Source: a virus (taxonomy: Duplodnaviria > Caudoviricetes). From it: 64,000 bases of DNA. The first letter of the stretch is position 1, and the number at the start of each line of letters is the position of its first letter. Shown here piece after piece: positions 1 through 6,590 of the stretch. The notes beneath the pieces are model-generated. The model had not been told where the DNA came from and did not search any database. It saw nothing but the letters and a program-made list of their open reading frames with translations. The translations under genes were made by a program, and so were the position numbers. Location of the stretch: the IMG/VR virus record IMGVR_UViG_3300020718_000010, positions 1-64,000 of that record. One strand, given 5' to 3'.

Positions 1-150
1 AGCCATCTTTGCTTGACGGGCCGCTTCTTTGTTCTTAGCAAGGGTTCGTGCTGCCTTTGCAGTGGACGCCAATACCTCTTGCTCCTTGCTGGCGAAGTAT
101 TGCTTTTCCAATTTGGTGAGGCCGGTCTTCTTCTTTACTGTTGGTTTCAT
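1..150 (-). CDS. Lys/Ala-rich basic protein, truncated by window edge (not in ORF track)
   Basis: ATG at 150 with AGGAG SD upstream; reads MKPTVKKKTGLTKLEKQYFASKEQEVLASTAKAARTLAKNKEAARQAKMA open to position 1. Confidence 0.6.
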   Translation of the reverse strand, partial: MKPTVKKKTGLTKLEKQYFASKEQEVLASTAKAARTLAKNKEAARQAKMA

Positions 151-219
151 GTGTGTTACTCCTTCATTTAGTGGCCGTTGAAAAGGGGCCGATTTTAAAA
201 ATAATTTTTTAGGCTTCGC

Positions 220-351
220 CTACTCATCCTTCTTTGCCTTGTGCTTCATAGTCCCTTTGTAGCCAAGGTAAAGCAAAGAGGAAATGATTCCGACGCCAAG
301 CAAGTCAGTAACGATAAAGAATGTCCACTTGGCCGCTCTTTTTTTATTCAC
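220..351 (-). CDS. Small membrane protein, 43 aa (not in ORF track)
   Basis: GTG start overlapping upstream gene end; VNKKRAAKWTFFIVTDLLGVGIISSLLYLGYKGTMKHKAKKDE*, one hydrophobic segment. Confidence 0.55.
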   Translation of the reverse strand: MNKKRAAKWTFFIVTDLLGVGIISSLLYLGYKGTMKHKAKKDE

Positions 352-691
352 CGCTTGCCCTTTGTCTTTCATAAAACTCTAAGTCCATGCGTTCTTGAAT
401 TCGTTTCTCTCTCTTCTTTGCGTTCCGGCGGTCACGTACTTCTTGTGACTGTGTGAACTTCTTTTGGTACTGCGTTATTGCTGTTGTGCAAGGCTGACAT
501 CTGCACTTCCAGTATTTGTAACCGCCTACTGTTCCGTGTTTTACAGAAGAGCCTTTTGCGCCTTTTCCCTTTGGCTGTTCGTGCTTGGTCCCAGTGGTGT
601 TCTTTCTATTTGTCTCATAAGGACCGTAAACATTTAATGGCACCTTTTCTAAGTCACCCTCAAGGGTGACAATCCATTTCATCTGCTCCAT
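344..691 (-). CDS. Hypothetical protein with HGT-x3-Y-x3-CRC-x2-C zinc-binding motif
   Basis: HGTVGGYKYWKCRCQPC motif of a type common in actinobacteriophage small proteins; 1-nt overlap with upstream gene. Confidence 0.65.
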   Translation of the reverse strand: MEQMKWIVTLEGDLEKVPLNVYGPYETNRKNTTGTKHEQPKGKGAKGSSVKHGTVGGYKYWKCRCQPCTTAITQYQKKFTQSQEVRDRRNAKKREKRIQERMDLEFYERQRASGE

Positions 692-1119
692 TACAAATCA
701 AACTTTCTAAAGAAACATTCTGCTTTTGGCACCGCTATGAACTCCTCGTCTTCTGTGTACATCGTGTCCTTGATTACAATACTGGACTCCAGTATTGTTT
801 GTCCACTCACGGAGAGGAAATGAGAACGTTCGTGGTTGAACATTATGAAGAATGTTCTCTCAGGGTTTGTTGCAAACTTAAGTTTGCGTGCGCTGAAGTG
901 AACTGTTGAGAATGGGAAGTCGGCGCCTTTCCAATTGTGCTTAACCTCAACTTCAAATTGGAACTGCTCGGCATTTTTTACTGCAAGGACATCGATGCCG
1001 TAGTCATCAGGGTTTACCCACGCAACGTATCCCTTAACGTCAGTTAACCATTCAATGAATTGGTCTTTTGCGTCATCATCATTGTTGTAAAGTTCGGCGC
1101 TAAAAGGTTTCTTGGCCAT
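691..1119 (-). CDS. PD-(D/E)XK-family nuclease-like protein
   Basis: PDDYGIDVLAV...FEVEVKHNW fits the PD-(D/E)xK catalytic signature; ATG at 1119 preferred over the 1128 start. Confidence 0.65.
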   Translation of the reverse strand: MAKKPFSAELYNNDDDAKDQFIEWLTDVKGYVAWVNPDDYGIDVLAVKNAEQFQFEVEVKHNWKGADFPFSTVHFSARKLKFATNPERTFFIMFNHERSHFLSVSGQTILESSIVIKDTMYTEDEEFIAVPKAECFFRKFDL

Positions 1120-1234
1120 CTTTGTCACCTAGGCAAAGCATGAACCCTAATCCATCTTCAAGTTCGGCCGATTCGCCGGGCTCGGTTTCATTGTGGGGCA
1201 ACCCACAAACGATGCAATAGTTTTCTTCACTCAT
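1100..1234 (-). CDS. Small Cys-containing protein, 44 aa
   Basis: MSEENYCIVCGLPH...LCLGDKDGQETF*; overlaps neighbours in operon fashion. Confidence 0.5.
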   Translation of the reverse strand: MSEENYCIVCGLPHNETEPGESAELEDGLGFMLCLGDKDGQETF

Positions 1235-1367
1235 CTAGGCCCCTTTTAATCTTGTCTACTATTTTGCTCATGTCGTCAAGTAACGCATATATGTTTTTTA
1301 ACGAGTCATTTAATGCCCACACACTTACAATGAAGTCTGCGTTCTCTAGTTCTTCCTCTTCATTCAT
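1227..1367 (-). CDS. Small acidic helical protein, 46 aa
   Basis: MNEEEELENADFIVSVWALNDSLKNIYALLDDMSKIVDKIKRGLDE*; start/stop overlaps with neighbours. Confidence 0.5.
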   Translation of the reverse strand: MNEEEELENADFIVSVWALNDSLKNIYALLDDMSKIVDKIKRGLDE

Positions 1368-1447
1368 TGGCTTTTCCAAATGTCGTGCGCAACAACCGCA
1401 ACTATTAACGCCATGACAATGGCAAGCATTACGTATGTGTTTGTCAT
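1364..1447 (-). CDS. Membrane micro-peptide, 27 aa
   Basis: MTNTYVMLAIVMALIVAVVAHDIWKSQ*; ATGA overlap with next gene. Confidence 0.4.
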   Translation of the reverse strand: MTNTYVMLAIVMALIVAVVAHDIWKSQ

Positions 1448-1466
1448 CTAATCATCCCCGCAACAA

Positions 1467-1574
1467 TTATTTAGGTGAAGCCAAGGCGAATATACCCAAC
1501 ATAACTACAAACCAAAGTAGCCAGAGTAATAGTCGTAGGTTTCTACGGTCTTGTGGATTAGTTATTCTGCGCAT
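1467..1574 (-). CDS. Membrane micro-peptide, 35 aa
   Basis: MRRITNPQDRRNLRLLLWLLWFVVMLGIFALASPK*; TAATG overlap places the start at 1574 rather than the ORF-track start. Confidence 0.5.
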   Translation of the reverse strand: MRRITNPQDRRNLRLLLWLLWFVVMLGIFALASPK

Positions 1575-1813
1575 TATTGCTCCATTGCCCAAATAGTAAT
1601 TAGAAATAGTACGGCTATGACTGGTACGTACCACATGGCAAGCCAGAAGGTGAAGTAAGCCAACAACGCTATAAAGCCAAGTATGGGTAGCCCAAACAAA
1701 ATTGTAAAGAGCGACCACACCCAAATTGAAGCAAACTTTTTTTGTGGTGAGTATGTTTGCCAGCGACGCTTTTTATACGCCCTATAAGAACGTCGTTGTT
1801 GTTTAGTGCTCAT
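1574..1813 (-). CDS. Small membrane protein with basic N-terminus
   Basis: Basic N-terminus followed by two hydrophobic segments; ATGA overlap at 1810-1813. Confidence 0.55.
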   Translation of the reverse strand: MSTKQQRRSYRAYKKRRWQTYSPQKKFASIWVWSLFTILFGLPILGFIALLAYFTFWLAMWYVPVIAVLFLITIWAMEQ

Positions 1814-1971
1814 CGTACCCACCTTTGGCTATGCGGCAACTGAAATGGCCTTGATACGTATTCGTCTTCAATGCGCTGACCACAATCAGGACAAAAAACA
1901 CTGGTGTGTTTCTTCTCAACAACCTCACCGCCGAAACCGGTTGTTTGCTTTAGGTGTGTGCATTCACTCAT
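1810..1971 (-). CDS. Small zinc-ribbon protein, 53 aa (not in ORF track)
   Basis: MSECTHL...FCPDCGQRIEDEY...WVR*; ATGA overlaps at both ends. Confidence 0.55.
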   Translation of the reverse strand: MSECTHLKQTTGFGGEVVEKKHTSVFCPDCGQRIEDEYVSRPFQLPHSQRWVR

Positions 1972-2264
1972 AGTTTCTTCCCACATTTAGGGCAGTGAGG
2001 CCACTTCTCACGTTGTGCGCTGATGTATTGGGTGGTGTTGTCTCCAATACTTCTGGCAAGAACATGGTTGCAGTCGGCCTGCGCCTGAAGGTTTTCTACC
2101 AACTCATTTCCTGTCATCGTTTTTCCAGAGGCACCTAACTCCGCTTCCCATGCGTCAAGTACTTTAATTACGTCGCAGGGGTAAGGGTTGCCGTCATAGT
2201 TACATTCTCTTTCTTTCCAAAGAAAATGTAGTTCCCGTAGTGATTGGCGCTCAGATTGATTCAT
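1968..2264 (-). CDS. Hypothetical protein with C-terminal zinc ribbon
   Basis: H...C...PYPC N-terminal motif and DCNHV...HCPKCGKKL C-terminus. Confidence 0.6.
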   Translation of the reverse strand: MNQSERQSLRELHFLWKERECNYDGNPYPCDVIKVLDAWEAELGASGKTMTGNELVENLQAQADCNHVLARSIGDNTTQYISAQREKWPHCPKCGKKL

Positions 2265-2458
2265 CGCCCCTCATTTGGTGCCCCGTATTGGTTCGTGCGC
2301 TCTTTAATTACGGTGTCCGCATTACCTACGGCCTCCTTGATAGCACGGTCAATGAACTCACTAAACAACTCTCCTGAATTAATCATTGCTTTAGCGATGC
2401 TAAGCAACTCTTCCCCAGTAAAGTCAATTTCAATTGATGATGTCTTCTTGTCGCTCAC
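2261..2458 (-). CDS. Small protein, possibly ribbon-helix-helix DNA-binding
   Basis: IEIDFTGEELLSIAKAM...FSEFIDRAIKEAV has a strand-helix-helix pattern. Confidence 0.45.
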   Translation of the reverse strand: MSDKKTSSIEIDFTGEELLSIAKAMINSGELFSEFIDRAIKEAVGNADTVIKERTNQYGAPNEGR

Positions 2459-2546
2459 GGTTTTCCCACTCGCTTTCTTTTGTCTTATTAATTTGGCGGG
2501 TTAATTCTTCTGATAGTTCAGCATCGGTTGGGTTAATCTCACTCAA
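2430..2546 (-). CDS. Small acidic ORF, 38 aa
   Basis: TTG start; LSEINPTDAELSEELTRQINKTKESEWENRERQEDIIN*; fills the gap between two genes. Confidence 0.3.
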   Translation of the reverse strand: MSEINPTDAELSEELTRQINKTKESEWENRERQEDIIN

Positions 2547-2751
2547 GGCCAACCCCCTTGTTGTACGTGGAAATTGGAGCCATGACAACTTCAGGATGGT
2601 TTATCCAATAAACAACGGCCTGCATTGCGGTGGTGTAACCACGATGCCATTGCAGTTTTAACTCGTCTGCATCTTCGCTGTCATCTAGGTCACCCATAAC
2701 CTCACAAAAGTTCTTAACTTCCTCTACGGTTCTCTCTCTAGTCATGTTCAT
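2539..2751 (-). CDS. Hypothetical protein
   Basis: 70-aa ORF overlapping neighbours in the same-strand operon. Confidence 0.55.
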   Translation of the reverse strand: MNMTRERTVEEVKNFCEVMGDLDDSEDADELKLQWHRGYTTAMQAVVYWINHPEVVMAPISTYNKGVGLE

Positions 2752-3280
2752 TCTCCTGTCCGGTTAATTCATCAAGAACTCTCATTACTTTTTCGTAAGC
2801 GTTGGCTTCTTCATTCCGACGTTTTGCCCACGAATGCTCTGCCATCTTCTCTAGGTTGATTTTTAGTGCATTGATAGTGCTGTTCAAAGAATTGTTTTCG
2901 CTAATTAAATCGTTTCGTTCATTGTCAACAATTCTTTCAATGAACGGCTTGTCTTCCTTAACAAGTCGGTCAATACTCTTTTGCCAAGATTGACCCCAGT
3001 TATCTCCGGCCCCAAGCGCCTCTGCTTGCCATGAGTTTTTACTTAAGTCTGGAGAAAGAACGGCGTCAGCAATGTAGTCCTCAATGGTGTCGCCCTTGAT
3101 GCTAGATAGTTTTTGTATTGCGCCAAACTCTTCATGCGTAAAAAAAATAGTTACGGCGAGTCTGTCGCTTTCTTTAAATTGAGATGGTGTTGGTATCACG
3201 TTCTGCAATTGTTGTCTTTGTGGTGAAACAATTCCCTCAAGCAGTTCAGTTATGTAGTCCAGTTTTTGGCTAGTGCCCAT
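2738..3280 (-). CDS. Hypothetical protein with RHH-like segment and C-terminal coiled coil
   Basis: VTIFFTHEEFGAIQKL...TIEDYIADAV segment; heptad-rich C-terminus; AGGAG SD. Confidence 0.6.
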   Translation of the reverse strand: MGTSQKLDYITELLEGIVSPQRQQLQNVIPTPSQFKESDRLAVTIFFTHEEFGAIQKLSSIKGDTIEDYIADAVLSPDLSKNSWQAEALGAGDNWGQSWQKSIDRLVKEDKPFIERIVDNERNDLISENNSLNSTINALKINLEKMAEHSWAKRRNEEANAYEKVMRVLDELTGQENEHD

Positions 3281-3282
3281 AA

Positions 3283-3672
3283 TTACTCCTTTTCTAATTT
3301 TGTTTGGATGTTTTTAACTTCGTTCCATTGTTCTTTGCCAGCGTCTAATCCATTTTGAGTTATTTGCTTTGCGGTTGCCATGTTCCGTTGGTGGTTGGCG
3401 TCAATTTCTGCATACGCCTCAACCGTCCTTTTTAAACAATTGGCAACCCTAGTTGCGTAATCCTCATTTGATAAATCCCCATTGATTAAACCCTGCGTTA
3501 GGAAAGATTCATCATAGGCGAGGGCTGTAGCAACTTGATGCTTTTCCCACTTCATTACGTTGGCAAACATTTCATCTAATTGAGTTGTTAAATAGCCAAG
3601 CCTTTCGGATGCCGCAAGTATTTCTGAAACCAATTCTTCGCTAGGCATTTGTGGTTGTTCGTTTTCAAACAC
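3283..3672 (-). CDS. Hypothetical helical protein
   Basis: 129-aa ORF, GTG start overlapping upstream stop. Confidence 0.6.
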   Translation of the reverse strand: MFENEQPQMPSEELVSEILAASERLGYLTTQLDEMFANVMKWEKHQVATALAYDESFLTQGLINGDLSNEDYATRVANCLKRTVEAYAEIDANHQRNMATAKQITQNGLDAGKEQWNEVKNIQTKLEKE

Positions 3673-3817
3673 GGCGCAACCAGTCCATCAAATCATTTAC
3701 GTGATACGCCACGCCAACTTTTGCCCCTTGATGTTTTAGTTGGACAATAAGAAGTTCTTCAAGGCGGTCTATCGCCTCTTGACGTTTGCGCTCACGGCGC
3801 TTTTCTAGCAGTTTCAT
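3665..3817 (-). CDS. Small basic protein, 50 aa, leaderless (not in ORF track)
   Basis: MKLLEKRRERKRQEAIDRLEELLIVQLKHQGAKVGVAYHVNDLMDWLRRV*; ATG 7 nt below a TACAGT -10. Confidence 0.6.
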   Translation of the reverse strand: MKLLEKRRERKRQEAIDRLEELLIVQLKHQGAKVGVAYHVNDLMDWLRRV

Positions 3818-3824
3818 AGGAGAA

Positions 3825-3853
3825 ACTGTACCGGTGTACAGCAGTTAAGTCAA
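3825..3853 (-). promoter_or_regulatory. sigma70-type promoter TTGACT-N17-TACAGT
   Basis: Near-consensus hexamers, 17-nt spacer, ATG 7 nt downstream. Confidence 0.75.
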
Positions 3854-3902
3854 GTAATTAAGAGTACAGATTATTGACTTTGATGATGAAACTTTGCATC
3901 CT

Positions 3903-3977
3903 TGGCTGGTCAGGTAGGACTCGAACCTACAACCACCTCATTAACAGTGAGGTGCACTGCCATTGTGCTACTGACCA
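3903..3977 (-). tRNA. trnN: tRNA-Asn (GUU), CCA encoded
   Basis: TGGTCAG/CTGACCA acceptor stem, GCAC/GTGC D-stem, CCTCA-CTGTTAA-TGAGG anticodon arm, GTAGG-TTCGAGT-CCTAC T-arm, ends GCCA. Confidence 0.97.
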
Positions 3978-4199
3978 CTACTTTTGTTTACGTTCATCCT
4001 TGCGCCAATTTAAAAACGCTTTGATGTACATGGTGCAGTATAGGACTCCGCCAAACACAAAACCGTATTGGTGGGTAGTAAGTGAGTAAATAAACCAAAG
4101 AGTTTCGGTCAGCAGCATTACAGCAAATCCCCATAAGTTCTTTTTACCAACAAAGAACAAGCCTGTTGAGCCAACTATGGCGAGTATCCATGACCACAT
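3978..4199 (-). CDS. PnuC-like small membrane protein (3 TM)
   Basis: W-x-LAIVG...GKKNLWGF...LWFIYSL..HQYGF pattern of phage PnuC-like half-transporters. Confidence 0.6.
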   Translation of the reverse strand: MWSWILAIVGSTGLFFVGKKNLWGFAVMLLTETLWFIYSLTTHQYGFVFGGVLYCTMYIKAFLNWRKDERKQK

Positions 4200-4201
4200 A
4201 G

Positions 4202-5422
4202 TTAGTTCCCCTCACGCTTTAAAGCACCGAGTGGCAAGCCTAACCGGTGCATAGCGTCCTTGGGTATGGAAACGTCTTCACTCCATGAGTTATAGATGTC
4301 TTCAGTAATGCTGAACTTGTAGTCCCCAATTTGGAATTTAATCTTTGGTGACTTTGGTGTTGGGTTTTTACCAGAAAGCACATCGTTAAAGTCTTCTTCG
4401 TCATAACCCGTACCCTCAAGGGTGGTTAGTGACTTAAGCGCTGCTATCAACATCTCTGAGTCGTATGTTGCTTTGTCGGCAATTCTGTTGTCAGCCAAAA
4501 CAATTTTGGCCGCAGCGTCATCGTCAACGTCAACCCAAACAACTGCCACTTCTTTCCAGCCAAGTGCTGATGCAGCAGCGACCGTATGGTTTCCCTTAAG
4601 AATTTGGTTATTGCGCTTGTTTACAACAATGGGTCGGTACTGGCCAAGTATGCGGAGGCTTTCGCTGATGGCCCCAACGTCGCCTTCACGAGGATTGGCT
4701 GGGTAGCGCTTGAGGCTTGAAATTTGTTCTAGCGTTGTCTCCACCATGCTGATGTCTTGGGCGCTCTCCTGAGGCTTTTTAGACCCCTTAGAAGGCTTCT
4801 TGGGCTTTGGTTCGGTTGGTATGTCTAGGCGACTGCGTATTTCTTTAATGATGGTGGCTTTTTTACCACCGACGGAATCTTTAATGTTGTCTTCCCAAAG
4901 TCCATAAAGTTCATTTTCCAATTCCCCAACAAAAAACCCAAGCCTGAATGAAATCTTTTTTTCGCCCGTTTCGTTTGTTTCGTCTGTCTTTTCATTTTCC
5001 AAAAGTGGCTCATGAGCAACTCCACCAGATGCTTCTTTGTAAAGGCCATCTAGTTCATCTAGATACGATTTGTCGTATCCGGTTCCCTCTAGGTCAGGGA
5101 CCGACCTCAATAAGTCAAGCAAAATACTGTTGTCATACATGGAAATGTCGCTGGTTCGATTATCTGTAATCAATACTTGAAGGGCCTCATCTTCTGTCCC
5201 CTCAAAATAAGTGACTGCTATTTTCTTCCAACCCAATGATTTAGCGGCTTTCCACGTATGGGTCCCGGCAATAACGGTCTTTCCGTGGACAACAATTGGT
5301 GAATACTGTCCATTAACTTCAAGAGATTCTGCAATTGCAGCAACGTCACCGAGCCGAGGGTTCTTAGGGTGCGCCTGTAGCGAGTCGATGTCTACAGTTT
5401 CTGCTCGCACATTGATTGTCAT
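4202..5422 (-). CDS. Tandem ParB/Srx-like N-terminal domain protein (two copies)
   Basis: Two copies of L..HP.NPR.GDV.AI.ESL...GQY.PIVV....I.G.HT..AA..LGW...DNR; probable start ATG 5422, 7 nt below TAGAAT. Confidence 0.85.
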   Translation of the reverse strand: MTINVRAETVDIDSLQAHPKNPRLGDVAAIAESLEVNGQYSPIVVHGKTVIAGTHTWKAAKSLGWKKIAVTYFEGTEDEALQVLITDNRTSDISMYDNSILLDLLRSVPDLEGTGYDKSYLDELDGLYKEASGGVAHEPLLENEKTDETNETGEKKISFRLGFFVGELENELYGLWEDNIKDSVGGKKATIIKEIRSRLDIPTEPKPKKPSKGSKKPQESAQDISMVETTLEQISSLKRYPANPREGDVGAISESLRILGQYRPIVVNKRNNQILKGNHTVAAASALGWKEVAVVWVDVDDDAAAKIVLADNRIADKATYDSEMLIAALKSLTTLEGTGYDEEDFNDVLSGKNPTPKSPKIKFQIGDYKFSITEDIYNSWSEDVSIPKDAMHRLGLPLGALKREGN

Positions 5423-5465
5423 AACAACAATTCTAGTATGCGAGTCGTTTTGTTTTCTTTTACTA

Positions 5466-5593
5466 AAGCAGCAATCCCCCCATTTCGGTGGGGGGAAAGC
5501 GCTTAAAGCATTTTTAGTGTCGGAAATACTAAACCCCCTCCGCCTTGGATGAGGTGAACTCACATTAATTGAGCACGGGAACTTAATGCAAGT
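5466..5593 (+). ncRNA. Candidate structured RNA or 5' leader (unassigned family)
   Basis: Three to four hairpins including a UUCG-capped stem; all four wobble pairs are G-U only in the + orientation; possible loop pseudoknot. Confidence 0.5.
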
Positions 5594-5663
5594 CAATTAA
5601 CCAAGATTTTGTAATGCTGGTGTAGATTTGAATGCAGGAACGCCCCTACGGAGGTACAAACCA

Positions 5664-6182
5664 GTGTCAGAATCTTTCCACCCAAAGTCATTGCTAAAGA
5701 GCGCATCGAACTATCCTGCTGCCCTTTTCCCTGAAGGCTTTAAAGCAAACAGCGATTTCGACAAGTCATCGCTTGACCTCATGAACCGTGCTGGCGCCAT
5801 CGTCGACCGTCACGAAGATGCACAACTAGGTGGACTCACCAAACTAAACGCTGATGACTGGGTTGACCTTGCCAATAAGCACAAAGCACTTTGTGAAGCA
5901 CACCTTGCTTTGGCTGAAGCGCTAAAGGCCTCTGGTTCTGAACTAAACATTCAAGCAGTTGGTGCCCATGATGCAGCGTCAAAGGCTCACGCAGGCGCTT
6001 CAAAAGTTGCAGAGATGATGAACGTTCCTGTTGGCATGGCAGCAACAATGCCTCAAGGTCAAGAGCAAGTTGTTTATGCTCACGAAGGTTGGGACAGCCC
6101 AATGAAGGCATGGAAGGCAGCACACCGTGCTTTCATTGCTTCTAAAGGCGCTTACGACCGCACAGTTTTTGAAACTGAATAA
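5664..6182 (+). CDS. His/Ala-rich helical hypothetical protein A
   Basis: GGAGG SD then GTG at 5664; H-x6-H spaced His in Ala-rich helices. Confidence 0.75.
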   Translation: MSESFHPKSLLKSASNYPAALFPEGFKANSDFDKSSLDLMNRAGAIVDRHEDAQLGGLTKLNADDWVDLANKHKALCEAHLALAEALKASGSELNIQAVGAHDAASKAHAGASKVAEMMNVPVGMAATMPQGQEQVVYAHEGWDSPMKAWKAAHRAFIASKGAYDRTVFETE

Positions 6183-6185
6183 TTT

Positions 6186-6590
6186 ATGTCCGGTTTTTCT
6201 GCTGAAGAACTTCTTTACCCTTTAACAAAAAAACTTGTTAGACACAGTTCTGTTGGTCAAAAATCTGCATCCTTAGTTGGAGAAGCAAACGGACTACACC
6301 TAAATCAAAGTGGTGACCACTTGGGCCGTGCTAAAAAACACCGTAAGGTTGCCGAAAGCCACCGTGCAATTGCAATTACTTTACGTGGCGCTGGTTACAT
6401 TAACGCAGCAAACGCTCATGAAGAAGCCGCTGAATCTCATGAGAATGCCGCCAATGCTCATGAATTAGTTGAAGACGCATCGGGTGGTTCTGTTGCATCA
6501 AACGGTTTAACTTCAGACGCCGCCAACACTGCATCTGGTGAAGCAGCCGGTGCAAGCGCATCTGCTGGCGCAGCAACAACTGCTGCTTAA
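6186..6590 (+). CDS. His/Ala-rich helical hypothetical protein B (paralog of A)
   Basis: AKKHRKVAESHRAIA..L..AG..INAANAHEEAAESH aligns with protein A; 3-nt gap. Confidence 0.75.
   Translation: MSGFSAEELLYPLTKKLVRHSSVGQKSASLVGEANGLHLNQSGDHLGRAKKHRKVAESHRAIAITLRGAGYINAANAHEEAAESHENAANAHELVEDASGGSVASNGLTSDAANTASGEAAGASASAGAATTAA

Noticed and set aside
3860-3902. Theta/HDV-like ribozyme in the tRNA 3' trailer
   Set aside because: Only a 4-bp GATG/CATC stem is possible; no nested double-pseudoknot pattern, and CCA is already encoded
5423-5596. 58-aa N-terminal extension of the ParB-like ORF in the ORF track
   Set aside because: A -10 hexamer sits 7 nt above ATG 5422, the ParB domain begins right after it, and the extension overlaps the structured RNA candidate
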